DNA of 64,000 bases from the NCBI GenBank assembly GCA_902774265.1, contig CACYHR010000007.1, forward strand, positions 6,141 to 70,140. Direction: 5' to 3'. Positions 53,027 through 62,887 of the stretch are shown here, in pieces; the first letter of the stretch is position 1; the number at the start of each line of letters is the position of its first letter. This DNA is from an uncultured Eubacteriales bacterium. Lineage in GTDB: Bacteria > Bacillota > Clostridia > Peptostreptococcales > Anaerovoracaceae. Under the pieces are notes generated by a model, which was given only the letters and a program-made list of their open reading frames with translations, searched no databases and was not told the origin of the DNA. A program made the position numbers and the translations under genes.

Positions 53027-54667
53027 TTACAGGTTTCTCTCCTTGAGAGCCTTGCATACTCTGGCTGAATTATCAGTATCGAGATAAGCGAACATATCGG
53101 CACGTTTTGCCTCAAGCTCTTTTTTCATGACAAATCCGTTTTCGATATAATCATCTATAGCCTGAAGAAGTTCATCAGCAGTCTCTGCTCTCTCTCCCGG
53201 ACTGTCTTTGCGGAGATCAATATAGCTGCCCCATGTATTGAGATAGTCCTCCATATCGAACTGATAGAGAACTATAGGTTTGCCCATATAGAACAGATCC
53301 CATGAAATACTTGAATAGTCTGTAACGAGCAGCTTGCAGCGCATCATCAGATCATCAAGAGCGTATTCTCCGTAAGGGATTATCTTTACCCTGTCACTTC
53401 CGCCTGTAAATGCATCGATGTGCTCTCCGATCGACGGATGCAGATAGAAATTAAGCGTAAGATCGTGTTTTTCGAGCTGCTCCATAAGATGCGGAGAATT
53501 GATCAGCTCCATATATCTTTTGTAATATTCACTCTCGACAAACTTTTCTCTCTCAATACCGAACACCCATCTTCTGTGAGTAGGCATTACCAGTATCTCG
53601 CGATAATTCTCTGATTTATCTTCAAGAGCATCGAAACGCGGATAGCCGGCAACAGCAACCTGGTGATAACCAAAGCCAAGCTCCTCTCTGAATATGCGGG
53701 CTTCGGCATCAGAAGTTACGGTACAGAGCACGGATCTCATGTTCTGCTCCTCGAAACTCTCGTTAAGTCTCTTAAGTGCCAGCACTCCGTGTCCGAGGAA
53801 TACGTGATTCTTTCTGCGAATCGAGCTGACAAGGAGACTGTCCTGATTCTGCCATACATATGAATGGTTACGCGCATCCGAGCTTATCAGAAGCTGACAT
53901 CTCAGCATATATACCATATATCTGAGACTCATGAATTTCAGTATATTGCGTCCGTATTTGCTTACTTTTTTATAATCAACGGCATGCTTGTCTATGACAT
54001 AGTAGATCTGCCTGTTAAGAGCTTTTTCCATGTCATTTTCCATGCAGTAGCGGAACAGATAATATCCGTTGTCCTGCGCTTTTTCACATCTCTTCTCGTA
54101 TATCATCCATACAGGAGGCTGATCCATATAGCGCTTGCGGTTGAATTTGAATATCTTTGTAGCACAATATTCCTTCCACCTTGTATCCATGCCGTCGTAA
54201 CGGTTCTTCTCTCTGTATCGAAGGCCCCAGTCACCGCCTCTTGCTCTGTACTGGAAGACTATCATATCGCCCGGCAGATCACAGTTGTTCTTATTGAACA
54301 GAAATTTTTTCGGTGTAACCGCGTGCGATCTCGGCACCTGTATGCTCGCGTAGCAGGTCTTCCCGTCTTTAACATAGACCACGCGAATAGACCAGTGTGT
54401 CATCTTGAACGGAAAAGCCTTCAGATCCAGATGCAGCTTCATTTCTATATTTCTGCCTGCCTCTTTTATCTCTTCCGCTTCGACAAAATACTCTTCTATC
54501 TCGTCTTCTATTCTGTAATTATAGCTTAAACAGAATCCTTTCCACTCTGCGCCGGATATCGGACATTCTGCGACTGCCGTCAGATATCCTCCTCTGATCT
54601 CAGAAGATTTCAGATACGCAAAGAGGTTTCCGTGTTCATATTCACCGCTTACCAATCTGTATTCCAT
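53027..54667 (-). CDS. CDP-glycerol glycerophosphotransferase family protein, TagF-like (long type)
   Basis: Motifs IYEKRCEKAQDNGYYLFRYC, FLGHGVLALKRLN, LVMPTHRRW and VTDYSSISWDLFYMGKPIVLYQFDMEDY. I prefer the ATG at 54667 (GGAGG upstream, 16 nt after the upstream stop) over the track start at 54766. Confidence 0.8.
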   Translation of the reverse strand: MEYRLVSGEYEHGNLFAYLKSSEIRGGYLTAVAECPISGAEWKGFCLSYNYRIEDEIEEYFVEAEEIKEAGRNIEMKLHLDLKAFPFKMTHWSIRVVYVKDGKTCYASIQVPRSHAVTPKKFLFNKNNCDLPGDMIVFQYRARGGDWGLRYREKNRYDGMDTRWKEYCATKIFKFNRKRYMDQPPVWMIYEKRCEKAQDNGYYLFRYCMENDMEKALNRQIYYVIDKHAVDYKKVSKYGRNILKFMSLRYMVYMLRCQLLISSDARNHSYVWQNQDSLLVSSIRRKNHVFLGHGVLALKRLNESFEEQNMRSVLCTVTSDAEARIFREELGFGYHQVAVAGYPRFDALEDKSENYREILVMPTHRRWVFGIEREKFVESEYYKRYMELINSPHLMEQLEKHDLTLNFYLHPSIGEHIDAFTGGSDRVKIIPYGEYALDDLMMRCKLLVTDYSSISWDLFYMGKPIVLYQFDMEDYLNTWGSYIDLRKDSPGERAETADELLQAIDDYIENGFVMKKELEAKRADMFAYLDTDNSARVCKALKERNL

Positions 54668-54683
54668 GTCTTTTCCTCCGCTG

Positions 54684-57245
54684 TCACAGTCCCTGCTCCG
54701 CTTCCAGAACTGCTGCAAATACACGCTCGCAGTTGTTTCTGTCCGTATAAGGGAAGAAGTCCTCAACTCTCTTTACATATATATCCTCCATCTGACATCC
54801 GTTTTCAATATAGTGAATGAGAGCATCTACTGTTTCCTCGACCGTGTTGGTTATCGGGCCGAAACCGTCTTCACGATATGTGAAATATCCTCTGTCCCAT
54901 GAGTGATCCTGATAGAATGTCGCTTCATCAAACTGTGAATAAACCAGAGGCTTCTTGAGATAAGCGAAATCGAACGCTACACTTGAGAAATCCGTCACCA
55001 TTATGCTGCTCTCTCTGAACAGAGTCTGGTAATCCGCGACGGTACTTCCGACCTCGATCACATCATTACTTTTAAAATTGCCCAGCTGTTCTTCAAGTAC
55101 CGGATGGAGATAGAAGGTTCCGGTAAAACCGTTCTTCCTCATCGTATCAAGCAGCCTCTCATCATTGATCAGCGCATTATAGAACTTGAAATAATCCGTA
55201 TCCTTGAAATCTACAATATATCCTCTCTTTGCCGTACCTTTTCTTCTCTCACCCTCTATATTCTTTCGCCAGGTCGGCAGAATCGTGATCTTCTTCTGTC
55301 TCTCGTCATAGAGATTATCAAATCTCGGAAGTCCTGTTAGCTTGACTTCACGCTCCGTATAGCCGTAGTAGCCTGCTATTATAGCATCATGTTCACGGGT
55401 ACTGGTCGAGAGTATTATCCTTATATTCTTCTGCAGCTTGTTGAGCCATCTGCTCTGGTCATCCTTGGCTACACCGTGACGGAGATATACAAAATCGAAT
55501 TTGCAGAGATTGCGGTAGTATGCCTGTGAATGTCCGAGCAGCCTTACTTCGAGATCGTTGGCCGCAGCCGAGATGATCTTGGTTGCCTCGAAGAATTTCA
55601 TTTTATGTCTCAGAGAACCGTAATCCAGTACCGGTCCGATCGCCTTCATACGATCATAATCTTTGCTGGTTTTCTGCAGAACGAACATGACCTGACGCTT
55701 TTTCGGCATATCCGTTTCATTCATCAGATATTTGAAGAAATGCTCGCCGTTATCTCCCGCAATGTGAGGGCGGTCGGCAACTATCCATACAGGTTTCCTC
55801 TGAAACAGGTGATATCCGAAATGAAGCAGACGCATCATTGCGACCTTGTGTCTTCCGAGCCTGCACAGCTGCTTCAGGAAACGCCACTCTGCCGCGATAT
55901 GGGAACCCGGAGTAACTTTCCTGACACTGAGTTTGCCATAGAATAATGTTACAAGATAACCGTTTTTTACAAAGTAGGCATTATCATCCCAGTCTGTAAG
56001 GTGCGAGAACTTGCCCATACGCGGATTCAGGAAGAACTGTCTGCCCTCCGGATTCTCCAGTACAGCTATAAAATCGCAGTTATCGCGAAGAGGAATGCTG
56101 ACTTCATATTTCTGAGCCTCATGGAGCAGTTCCCCGGTTATGCTCTTTATATCCCTGTTCGGATCATGCTTTAGCTCGAGATAGTGGCGTGTACCGTTAT
56201 CCTCGCTGATAAACAGTCTGTATCCCTTTCCGAGCATGTTGAGATCGGTAGTTCCCGTAATGTACATAGTATCATTTTCGATCTCTATTATATTGTATCT
56301 GATCCTCTGCTTTTTCCCGACATTGAACAGTCTGATACCGTTCCAGTATACTGTTCCGTCATCGTTTATTGACGCATCTTCAATTATGTCCCTGTCATAT
56401 TTAAGCTTCAGCATTTTCCGTTCTTCATGGAAAGTTGAGAACTGATATGACAGTATGGTCTTGTCCTTTACAAGAGCAAGACAGTCTCTGACAGCTTCTA
56501 TATCTGTCTCCTTGCTGTTGTCCACATATTCGCGGATCAGTTCTATTATGCAGGCCTCCGTATAGTAAACAGCACCCGGATAATTCTTTTTTGTAAAATC
56601 TGCAAGTGACTTGAGGATCTCCGGATCCGGATGATATCCGATAGCTGACGGTCCTACGTGATACCAGGATTCGTAGCACATATAGTATCCGGCGGCTTTG
56701 ATCGTGGTCATGATAAATTCCGCGATCGATGCCATATCCCCTTCAACCAGCTTTGTTATATCCGTAACCAGATCTCTTCTGATCAGCGTGCCTCTCGAAG
56801 TAAGCTTCGGATAAGTCGTCTCAACGCCGCAGCTGCATATATCCGATTTGACTTTTTTGATGTTTATCTCAAAATCTTTATTCAGACAGATAATTCCGTG
56901 CTTTTTCTTCCGGACCAGAGCAAGGATCTCCGGCAGTGCATCCTCTTCGAGAGTATCTCCGTTCTCCATCAGAAGTACATATTTGCACCCTTCAGTTTCC
57001 TTATTGATACTGTCCGCCGCTGCCGCTTTTACGATTTTTGCAGCATTGGATAACTTCGCTGCTCTTTTACAGCGAACCTCAAGATCTGACTGTCTGCACG
57101 AATCAGTAACAAATATCCCGATTTCTTCAGGATCGTAATCCGGCTGAGTAATGATACTGTCGAGGGTCATTATCAGTGATTCCTCGAAGGCATCTGATCC
57201 TACTTTTGACTTTAGTACTATGTTCAGCTTTTTTTTCTTATCCAT
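54684..57245 (-). CDS. TagF-like CDP-glycerol glycerophosphotransferase with a ~450-aa N-terminal extension (degenerate GT-A-like region)
   Basis: C-terminal IVADRPHIAGDNGEHFFKYL, YLRHGVAKDD, ILPTWRKN and VTDFSSVAFDFAYLKKPLVYSQFDEATF. The N-terminal region has no clear DxD motif. Confidence 0.8.
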   Translation of the reverse strand: MDKKKKLNIVLKSKVGSDAFEESLIMTLDSIITQPDYDPEEIGIFVTDSCRQSDLEVRCKRAAKLSNAAKIVKAAAADSINKETEGCKYVLLMENGDTLEEDALPEILALVRKKKHGIICLNKDFEINIKKVKSDICSCGVETTYPKLTSRGTLIRRDLVTDITKLVEGDMASIAEFIMTTIKAAGYYMCYESWYHVGPSAIGYHPDPEILKSLADFTKKNYPGAVYYTEACIIELIREYVDNSKETDIEAVRDCLALVKDKTILSYQFSTFHEERKMLKLKYDRDIIEDASINDDGTVYWNGIRLFNVGKKQRIRYNIIEIENDTMYITGTTDLNMLGKGYRLFISEDNGTRHYLELKHDPNRDIKSITGELLHEAQKYEVSIPLRDNCDFIAVLENPEGRQFFLNPRMGKFSHLTDWDDNAYFVKNGYLVTLFYGKLSVRKVTPGSHIAAEWRFLKQLCRLGRHKVAMMRLLHFGYHLFQRKPVWIVADRPHIAGDNGEHFFKYLMNETDMPKKRQVMFVLQKTSKDYDRMKAIGPVLDYGSLRHKMKFFEATKIISAAANDLEVRLLGHSQAYYRNLCKFDFVYLRHGVAKDDQSRWLNKLQKNIRIILSTSTREHDAIIAGYYGYTEREVKLTGLPRFDNLYDERQKKITILPTWRKNIEGERRKGTAKRGYIVDFKDTDYFKFYNALINDERLLDTMRKNGFTGTFYLHPVLEEQLGNFKSNDVIEVGSTVADYQTLFRESSIMVTDFSSVAFDFAYLKKPLVYSQFDEATFYQDHSWDRGYFTYREDGFGPITNTVEETVDALIHYIENGCQMEDIYVKRVEDFFPYTDRNNCERVFAAVLEAEQGL

Positions 57246-57269
57246 ATCTCCACCATCTGCTTCAATAGA

Positions 57270-58442
57270 TTAGTTGTCTTTTTTGAAGAATTTGAATTGC
57301 TTGTCTGTAAAAGCACTCGGATTGTATGCTACCAGCACAACATCCGGCCGGTATTTCTCACAGGCATAGCTGATGCTCTTATCATATCTGCGCAGATCAA
57401 CTGCTATGACCTTTGATGCATCCAGTGCAATAAACGGCTCTATCACACAGGAAAAAGAGTCTCTTACAAGAAGTATCACCGGGCCGTCTTTATTCAGCTT
57501 GTTTGTCAGCTCATTGACAGCATATTCCTTGCCTATATATGTCGAATAGCTGTTATTGACAAAATCCGATCTTTTTTTGATATTATCCCAGAGATACACA
57601 GCATCAGCGAACTCACCTTTTCGCACATCTGTCCCGCTGTCACTTTCACCGGTAAACTCCATATCCGTTTCAAATTCCGGATAAATGATGTCAATATCAT
57701 CCAGACCGGCATACCACGCGCCGACTCTCCTGCCTACGGCTCCCAGCATATAATCAGTATACGTTTTTTTATCATAGTTATCGTAATCATAGTGTGATTT
57801 ATCAACTGAATATCCGTATTTTTTGCCGAGATGATCCATAATCATGCCCGATGCATTCATTCCTGTCTCCGGTTTCCAGTGATGATCGGTCGTGAAGAAG
57901 TATTCTTCCCACTTATCCGCATCCATATTATCGCGTACGTCAACGACATCGACACCGTTTTCCTTCAGTCCTGCCGCCATCTCATCCGCATTTTCATTTC
58001 CACCTGTATGCATGCCCGGAGGCATGACAGAATCATCCTTTATCTTAAAAGGCAGCTGAGCATACAGAAACTTTATCCCCATTTCTTCTGTCTGATCACG
58101 AAGTTTTGTTACCGCATCTATGTAGTCGGACATATCTTTTTTCTTCTTATTATACATTATCTGACCGTTGGTCAGTTTAAGTACATCATAATTACCGTCA
58201 GTCCCGGGAACCAGTGTCATCCCCGTCATCCTGTAGAATCCGCCGTTGAGATTGATCCAGGTGTAACGGAACTGAAAGTTTTCGGTTATGCTTTCCTCTA
58301 TTTCCGACCTGAGAGCCGTAAAACCTTTATAATCAAAGAAAGAACGGGCAAGGGATCTTGATCTGTAAACAGTTCCCGCACCTATGACAAAAATCAGTAT
58401 CAGGAAAAATAATGTCAGTATTTTTCTTCCTGTTTTCTCCAT
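57270..58442 (-). CDS. DHHW-motif protein (AlgJ/AlgX/PatB-like extracytoplasmic O-acyltransferase partner of MBOAT)
   Basis: N-terminal TM, FFTTDHHWKPETG motif, and a position directly downstream of an AlgI-type MBOAT. Confidence 0.8.
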   Translation of the reverse strand: MEKTGRKILTLFFLILIFVIGAGTVYRSRSLARSFFDYKGFTALRSEIEESITENFQFRYTWINLNGGFYRMTGMTLVPGTDGNYDVLKLTNGQIMYNKKKKDMSDYIDAVTKLRDQTEEMGIKFLYAQLPFKIKDDSVMPPGMHTGGNENADEMAAGLKENGVDVVDVRDNMDADKWEEYFFTTDHHWKPETGMNASGMIMDHLGKKYGYSVDKSHYDYDNYDKKTYTDYMLGAVGRRVGAWYAGLDDIDIIYPEFETDMEFTGESDSGTDVRKGEFADAVYLWDNIKKRSDFVNNSYSTYIGKEYAVNELTNKLNKDGPVILLVRDSFSCVIEPFIALDASKVIAVDLRRYDKSISYACEKYRPDVVLVAYNPSAFTDKQFKFFKKDN

Positions 58443-58454
58443 CCGAATGCTCTC

Positions 58455-59867
58455 CTAAAAATTGAAATAAATGAACGGGTTATATGAATTCTTGACTATG
58501 AATGATACCGAAACCATAAACAGTACAGCAAGTATAAATGCCCCGGCAAGACCTGCAGCTCTGTTGTTTGATACTCTGTCCGCAGCCTTTCGGATCAGCG
58601 GAGTGGAAACGACAGCAGCCACCGCGAAAAGCCATGCGTACTGTCTGAAATACAGCAGGAATCCGTCACTGACAATACCGTTCATGTTCAGATACATATC
58701 TTTGTAATACTCGATCGCCTTGCCGATGTTTTCCGCTCTGAACAGAACCCAGCCGTTTACTACAAAGAACAGTGTATATACATGCTTTATAAAGTGATGT
58801 TTTCCTTTTTCATCCTTTACATCATAGCCGGAATATTTTTCGAATATCAGCAGTACAAAATACATTAACCCCCAGAATATAAACGTCCAGTTTGCGCCAT
58901 GCCATATACCCGTGCAAAGCCACACCATGAATATATTGAATATATGTCTGGCATGAGATTTGGTGCGGTTTCCTCCCAGAGGTATATAGAGATAATCCCT
59001 GAACCATGATCCGAGTGAAATGTGCCACCTTCTCCAGAATTCTGTTATGGACATGGAAATATACGGATAATCAAAGTTTTCGCGGAAATGGAAACCGAAC
59101 ATCAGTCCGAGTCCGATAGCCATATCCGAATAGCCGCCGAAATCAAAATATATCTGGAATGTATACGCCGCAGCGCCAAGCCATGCCAGCAGAACGGAAT
59201 TCTCACCCGAAGTGCTGAATGCATAATCCGCTATGATTGCCATATTGTTAGCGATCAGCACCTTTTTGGACAGACCTATTATAAATCTGAAAACTCCTGT
59301 TGAAAAATCGTCAAAGTTTTCTTTTCTGAAATTGATCTCCTCTGCTACAGTCCTGTATCTGACGATAGGGCCGGCGATCAGCTGAGGGAAAAATGAAATA
59401 TAGAGTCCTACATTCAGGATGTTCTTTTGTACTGCTCCGTCTTTGCGATATACATCGATCACATATGACATTGCCTGAAAGGTAAAGAAAGATATCCCGA
59501 TCGGAAGCTCTATCACAGGCACATTGATGCTGTTCAGCCCTAAAAGCTTGAGATTTGTCAGAGTAAAAGTAAGGTATTTGAATATAAACAGTATCAGCAG
59601 ATTAAAGAAAACATCACCGAAAATCACAATGTGTGTTTTTCTCTTATCATCCCTCACCCTGTCGACCATCAATCCGGCGATCCAGTTGATAAAGATCGAC
59701 AGCATCATTATCAGCACGAACCTCGGTTCCCCCCAGGCATAAAAAAACAGGCTTGCCAGCAGCAGAAATACATTCTGCGCAGGCCTGCTCTTCCGGAGGA
59801 GAATGTAATATACAAACAAAACCTCGGGTAAAAATACAAATATGAATATACTGCTGGAAAATAGCAT
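58455..59867 (-). CDS. MBOAT family membrane O-acyltransferase (AlgI/PatA type)
   Basis: 470 aa. Motifs PIGISFFTFQAMSYVIDVYR and EFWRRWHISLGSWFRDYLYIPLGGNR. Confidence 0.9.
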   Translation of the reverse strand: MLFSSSIFIFVFLPEVLFVYYILLRKSRPAQNVFLLLASLFFYAWGEPRFVLIMMLSIFINWIAGLMVDRVRDDKRKTHIVIFGDVFFNLLILFIFKYLTFTLTNLKLLGLNSINVPVIELPIGISFFTFQAMSYVIDVYRKDGAVQKNILNVGLYISFFPQLIAGPIVRYRTVAEEINFRKENFDDFSTGVFRFIIGLSKKVLIANNMAIIADYAFSTSGENSVLLAWLGAAAYTFQIYFDFGGYSDMAIGLGLMFGFHFRENFDYPYISMSITEFWRRWHISLGSWFRDYLYIPLGGNRTKSHARHIFNIFMVWLCTGIWHGANWTFIFWGLMYFVLLIFEKYSGYDVKDEKGKHHFIKHVYTLFFVVNGWVLFRAENIGKAIEYYKDMYLNMNGIVSDGFLLYFRQYAWLFAVAAVVSTPLIRKAADRVSNNRAAGLAGAFILAVLFMVSVSFIVKNSYNPFIYFNF

Positions 59868-59906
59868 TTCGGGTCCCGTTTACTCCTTTGCAATAAAATC
59901 CTGCTA

Positions 59907-59935
59907 ATTATATATAAGATTTATTTGCTCGTCAA
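59907..59935 (-). promoter_or_regulatory. Near-consensus sigma-A promoter (TTGACG-17 nt-TATAAT) for the MBOAT-DHHW-TagF operon
   Basis: On the minus strand, -35 is at 59935..59930 and -10 at 59912..59907. AAAGGAG is the ribosome-binding site before the ATG at 59867. Confidence 0.6.
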
Positions 59936-59958
59936 TTATACATATTCGTGCATTCTAA

Positions 59959-61095
59959 TCAGCTGCACACTATAACAGTCGTTCCTGTGCTTACCATATT
60001 ATACAGTCTTCCGGCGTCGCCTGCTTTCATATTTACACAGCCGTGTGATCCGTTTCTGATATAAGTGCTGCGGCTGTCTATCTGCGCATCGCTCCTCCAT
60101 GTGGCATCATGTATCCCGTATCCGCCGTAGCGGAACAGCATCCAGTAGCTCACATGCAGATTCCATGTAGGTCCGACCAGATTTACATTACGGGATTTGC
60201 TCATAATCCTGAATACTCCTCTCGGAGTGTCATTTACGCCTCTCATTCCCGTAACGACATTCGCTGTCATCTTGCGCTTCCCGTCCCTGTAGAATCGCAG
60301 TTTCTGTTCCGATATATCTATCAGTACGAACGTCCTGTATTTTGTTTTATAGTAGATCAGGCCGCTGAGGCTGCCATCCTTGTTGGTAGTATATTTCTTT
60401 CCGCCTTTGGTTTTGAACTTCCCTTTGACCATGGCTCCGGAATCATCAAGATAATAGACCTTATCTCCGATCAGGCGAAATCCTCTTCCTGCAGGTTTTT
60501 TGTTCACGGTAAACCAGTATTTTCTGCTCCCTGCTTTGACCCATTTGCCTGCGGTATCCTTGCTAATATTCTTTTTCAGAGCGCCGCTCTTGCTGAACAG
60601 GCACCATCTTACGGATTCCTTTTTTTCACCGTAAAGCCTCAGTTTCTTCCATCTGTTTTTGACGAATTTACCATTGCTGCCAAGGTAGTACCATTTATCA
60701 TTTTCAAAGACCCATTTATTCTTAGCCTTCAGCTTTTCGATTTTTTGAGTCTCTTCTGTTCCGCATTGCAGACATATATGCTTACGGCTGCCGCTTTTAT
60801 GATATGTCGGTTCCGTTATGACCTCCCATTCGCCCCACAGATGTCCTTCTGAGCAGTCATCTGCCTCTGCAGCTGTCTCTTCAGATATCTCTTCCGAAAT
60901 ATCTGCTGATCCGTCCGCTGCGTTCGTACCGGCATTCATTTCTGCGCTGTCTGCCGCAGCAGTTACAGCATCATCCTCCGTGATACCGGTTTCCGTGATA
61001 TCCTCTGCATAGACCGCATTAAAAGAGAATAACAGAATCATCAAGCCTGTCATCAGCAGTAACAAGTATTTTATTCCTGCTTTTTTAATATCCAC
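59959..61095 (-). CDS. Secreted L,D-transpeptidase (YkuD) with cell-wall-binding repeats
   Basis: TM/signal segment, acidic linker, CW_binding-like repeats (WVFENDKWYYLGSNGKFVKNRW, GDKVYYLDDSGAMVKGKF) and YkuD motif IHDATW...GSHGCVNM. I prefer the GTG at 61095. The track start at 61176 would overlap dtd. Confidence 0.75.
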   Translation of the reverse strand: MDIKKAGIKYLLLLMTGLMILLFSFNAVYAEDITETGITEDDAVTAAADSAEMNAGTNAADGSADISEEISEETAAEADDCSEGHLWGEWEVITEPTYHKSGSRKHICLQCGTEETQKIEKLKAKNKWVFENDKWYYLGSNGKFVKNRWKKLRLYGEKKESVRWCLFSKSGALKKNISKDTAGKWVKAGSRKYWFTVNKKPAGRGFRLIGDKVYYLDDSGAMVKGKFKTKGGKKYTTNKDGSLSGLIYYKTKYRTFVLIDISEQKLRFYRDGKRKMTANVVTGMRGVNDTPRGVFRIMSKSRNVNLVGPTWNLHVSYWMLFRYGGYGIHDATWRSDAQIDSRSTYIRNGSHGCVNMKAGDAGRLYNMVSTGTTVIVCS

Positions 61096-61150
61096 GCTCC
61101 TGTTCCTCTCTTCCTGCGTACAGAACTGAAGGTCTGTCTTGCTCCGGCAC

Positions 61151-61597
61151 TTACAGTCTGTCAGAATCCAGAACAATGGTGAACGGTCCGTCGTTCAGCA
61201 GACTGACCTCCATATGCTCTCCGAATGCGCCTTTCTCTACGACAGGAACTCTCTCTCTGCACTTCTCCAGCATATATTCATACAGAGCATTTGCCTTATC
61301 CGGCGCCCCCGCCTCAACAAATGACGGTCTGTTGCCTTTTTTGCAGTTGGCATAGAGCGTGAACTGCGATATCAGCAGCAGTTCACCGCCGACATCCGCC
61401 AGCGACAGATTTGTCTTTCCGTCCGCATCCTCGTTGATGCGAAGCTTGATCATCTTGTCGACCATCTTGTCGGCCACCGCCTCATCATCTGCATCGGACA
61501 CTCCGACCAGAGCCATATATCCTCTGCCTATCTTTCCTATAACTTCATTATCTACCGTTACAGATGCATGCTGCACCCTCTGGATCACAAATCTCAT
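61151..61597 (-). CDS. dtd: D-aminoacyl-tRNA deacylase
   Basis: 148 aa. Motifs [26 protein letters not shown] and [10 protein letters not shown]. Confidence 0.95.
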   Translation of the reverse strand: MRFVIQRVQHASVTVDNEVIGKIGRGYMALVGVSDADDEAVADKMVDKMIKLRINEDADGKTNLSLADVGGELLLISQFTLYANCKKGNRPSFVEAGAPDKANALYEYMLEKCRERVPVVEKGAFGEHMEVSLLNDGPFTIVLDSDRL

Positions 61598-61636
61598 TAT
61601 CAGGCTACTCCTGTTTTAAATAATTTTTCCTAAGTG

Positions 61637-62815
61637 TTAATTGAATATCCTCTTTACTTTGCATGGTCTGCCGTACGCGCCGCCGCCCATACCGCTCTCT
61701 ATCACATGCATTCCGACAGAAGTTGAATGTATGATCCTGTTGTTTCCGAGATAGATGGCGACATGGATCACTACCCCTCTGCTGTTGCTGAAAAATATCA
61801 GATCGCCTCTCTTGCGTTCGCTGTACGGAACGGTCCTGAGAGTGTTCATATTCGCGATATTGCGTGACTCATATTCGTAAGCAGGCTTTTTGTGCCTGTA
61901 TGGGTTGGACGGCCACAGATCGACGCCCGCTCCGTAGCATGCCTGCATCACCAGACCTGAGCAATCGAGGCCCTTGCCCGGTTTATCGGACTGACAGACC
62001 ACATATCTGTCTCCCTTGTATTTATATGCAGTCTTTATCATCGCCTCTATATGGTCTTTTTTTGTGCTGGATGCATCGATCAGTACAGGCGAAGTATAGT
62101 ATTTCAGTCCGTGCTTTGATATCTTATCCTTTATCTGTACATATTTCGCCGGATTCTGGTATACCCGCCTGAATTCTGCAGCACTGCAATGAGATATCCT
62201 GACAGTTTTGTCTTCAATTTTGAATCCGACAACGATATATTCGTATTTGGTCTTATCCTTGCTTGTTGCTTTTTTGTCCGTATATGAAGTCTTTCCCGCT
62301 GCTGTCATGCCCAGCTCTGTATAGATGTCTGAACCTTTCTTTTTGCGTAAAACTATATATCCGTCGAGCTTTGCGTCATTCTTTGCGGCAGTCCATGTGA
62401 TTTTGCGGCCTCCGCCCTTTACCATTTTGAATATTGCAGACTTTGGTTTGTATGAATTGCCGAGAGGCTTTTCAGTCAGCACATCGACTGATTTGAATCT
62501 GAGACTGAAGCCATCCTGATTGAACTCCCTAGCCTCGCCCTCTCCGGTATCAGCCGGTGTTTCAGACGAAGCAGGCTCTTCCGGATTATCCTCAGTATCA
62601 GCACCATCCTCAGCAACTGCTTTTCCTGCCGCTTCATCATATGCATCATTGCTGTCCGCCGGTGACAAGCCTGCTTCGGATACCTGCTCTTCTGTAACAG
62701 ATAAGTAATCCTGCTCTGCATCAGCGAACACGCCAAAAGGCATGAGCGATACGCTCAGTACAAACGCCAGTATGATGCTTATATTCTTTATGCTCTTTTT
62801 TAATGTATCCTTCAT
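61637..62815 (-). CDS. Secreted NlpC/P60 (C40) peptidoglycan endopeptidase with FN3-like module
   Basis: Signal peptide, acidic linker, FN3-like RKITWTAAKNDAKLDGYIVLRKK...YIVVGF, and catalytic GLDCSGLV...GDLIFFSNSRGVVIHVAIYLG. Confidence 0.85.
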   Translation of the reverse strand: MKDTLKKSIKNISIILAFVLSVSLMPFGVFADAEQDYLSVTEEQVSEAGLSPADSNDAYDEAAGKAVAEDGADTEDNPEEPASSETPADTGEGEAREFNQDGFSLRFKSVDVLTEKPLGNSYKPKSAIFKMVKGGGRKITWTAAKNDAKLDGYIVLRKKKGSDIYTELGMTAAGKTSYTDKKATSKDKTKYEYIVVGFKIEDKTVRISHCSAAEFRRVYQNPAKYVQIKDKISKHGLKYYTSPVLIDASSTKKDHIEAMIKTAYKYKGDRYVVCQSDKPGKGLDCSGLVMQACYGAGVDLWPSNPYRHKKPAYEYESRNIANMNTLRTVPYSERKRGDLIFFSNSRGVVIHVAIYLGNNRIIHSTSVGMHVIESGMGGGAYGRPCKVKRIFN

Positions 62816-62887
62816 TGGTTTTATCTTGGTATCCCCCGGATCAGGCAGGAACCGATATCATCTATCTGAACTCTGTACTCTGTCCTC

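Noticed and set aside
61096-61176. Longer ORF-track starts: 61176 (L,D-transpeptidase), 54766 (TagF-like), 30101 (ATP-grasp 3), 63976 (galE), 15875 (ldh), 14750 (NlpC/P60), 44970 (tagG).
   Set aside because: Each would overlap the upstream gene, a terminator or a promoter, and would add residues absent from family N-termini. In each case except tagG, an internal start with a proper ribosome-binding site fits better; the tagG ATG at 44949 has no ribosome-binding site and is preferred on N-terminal alignment alone.
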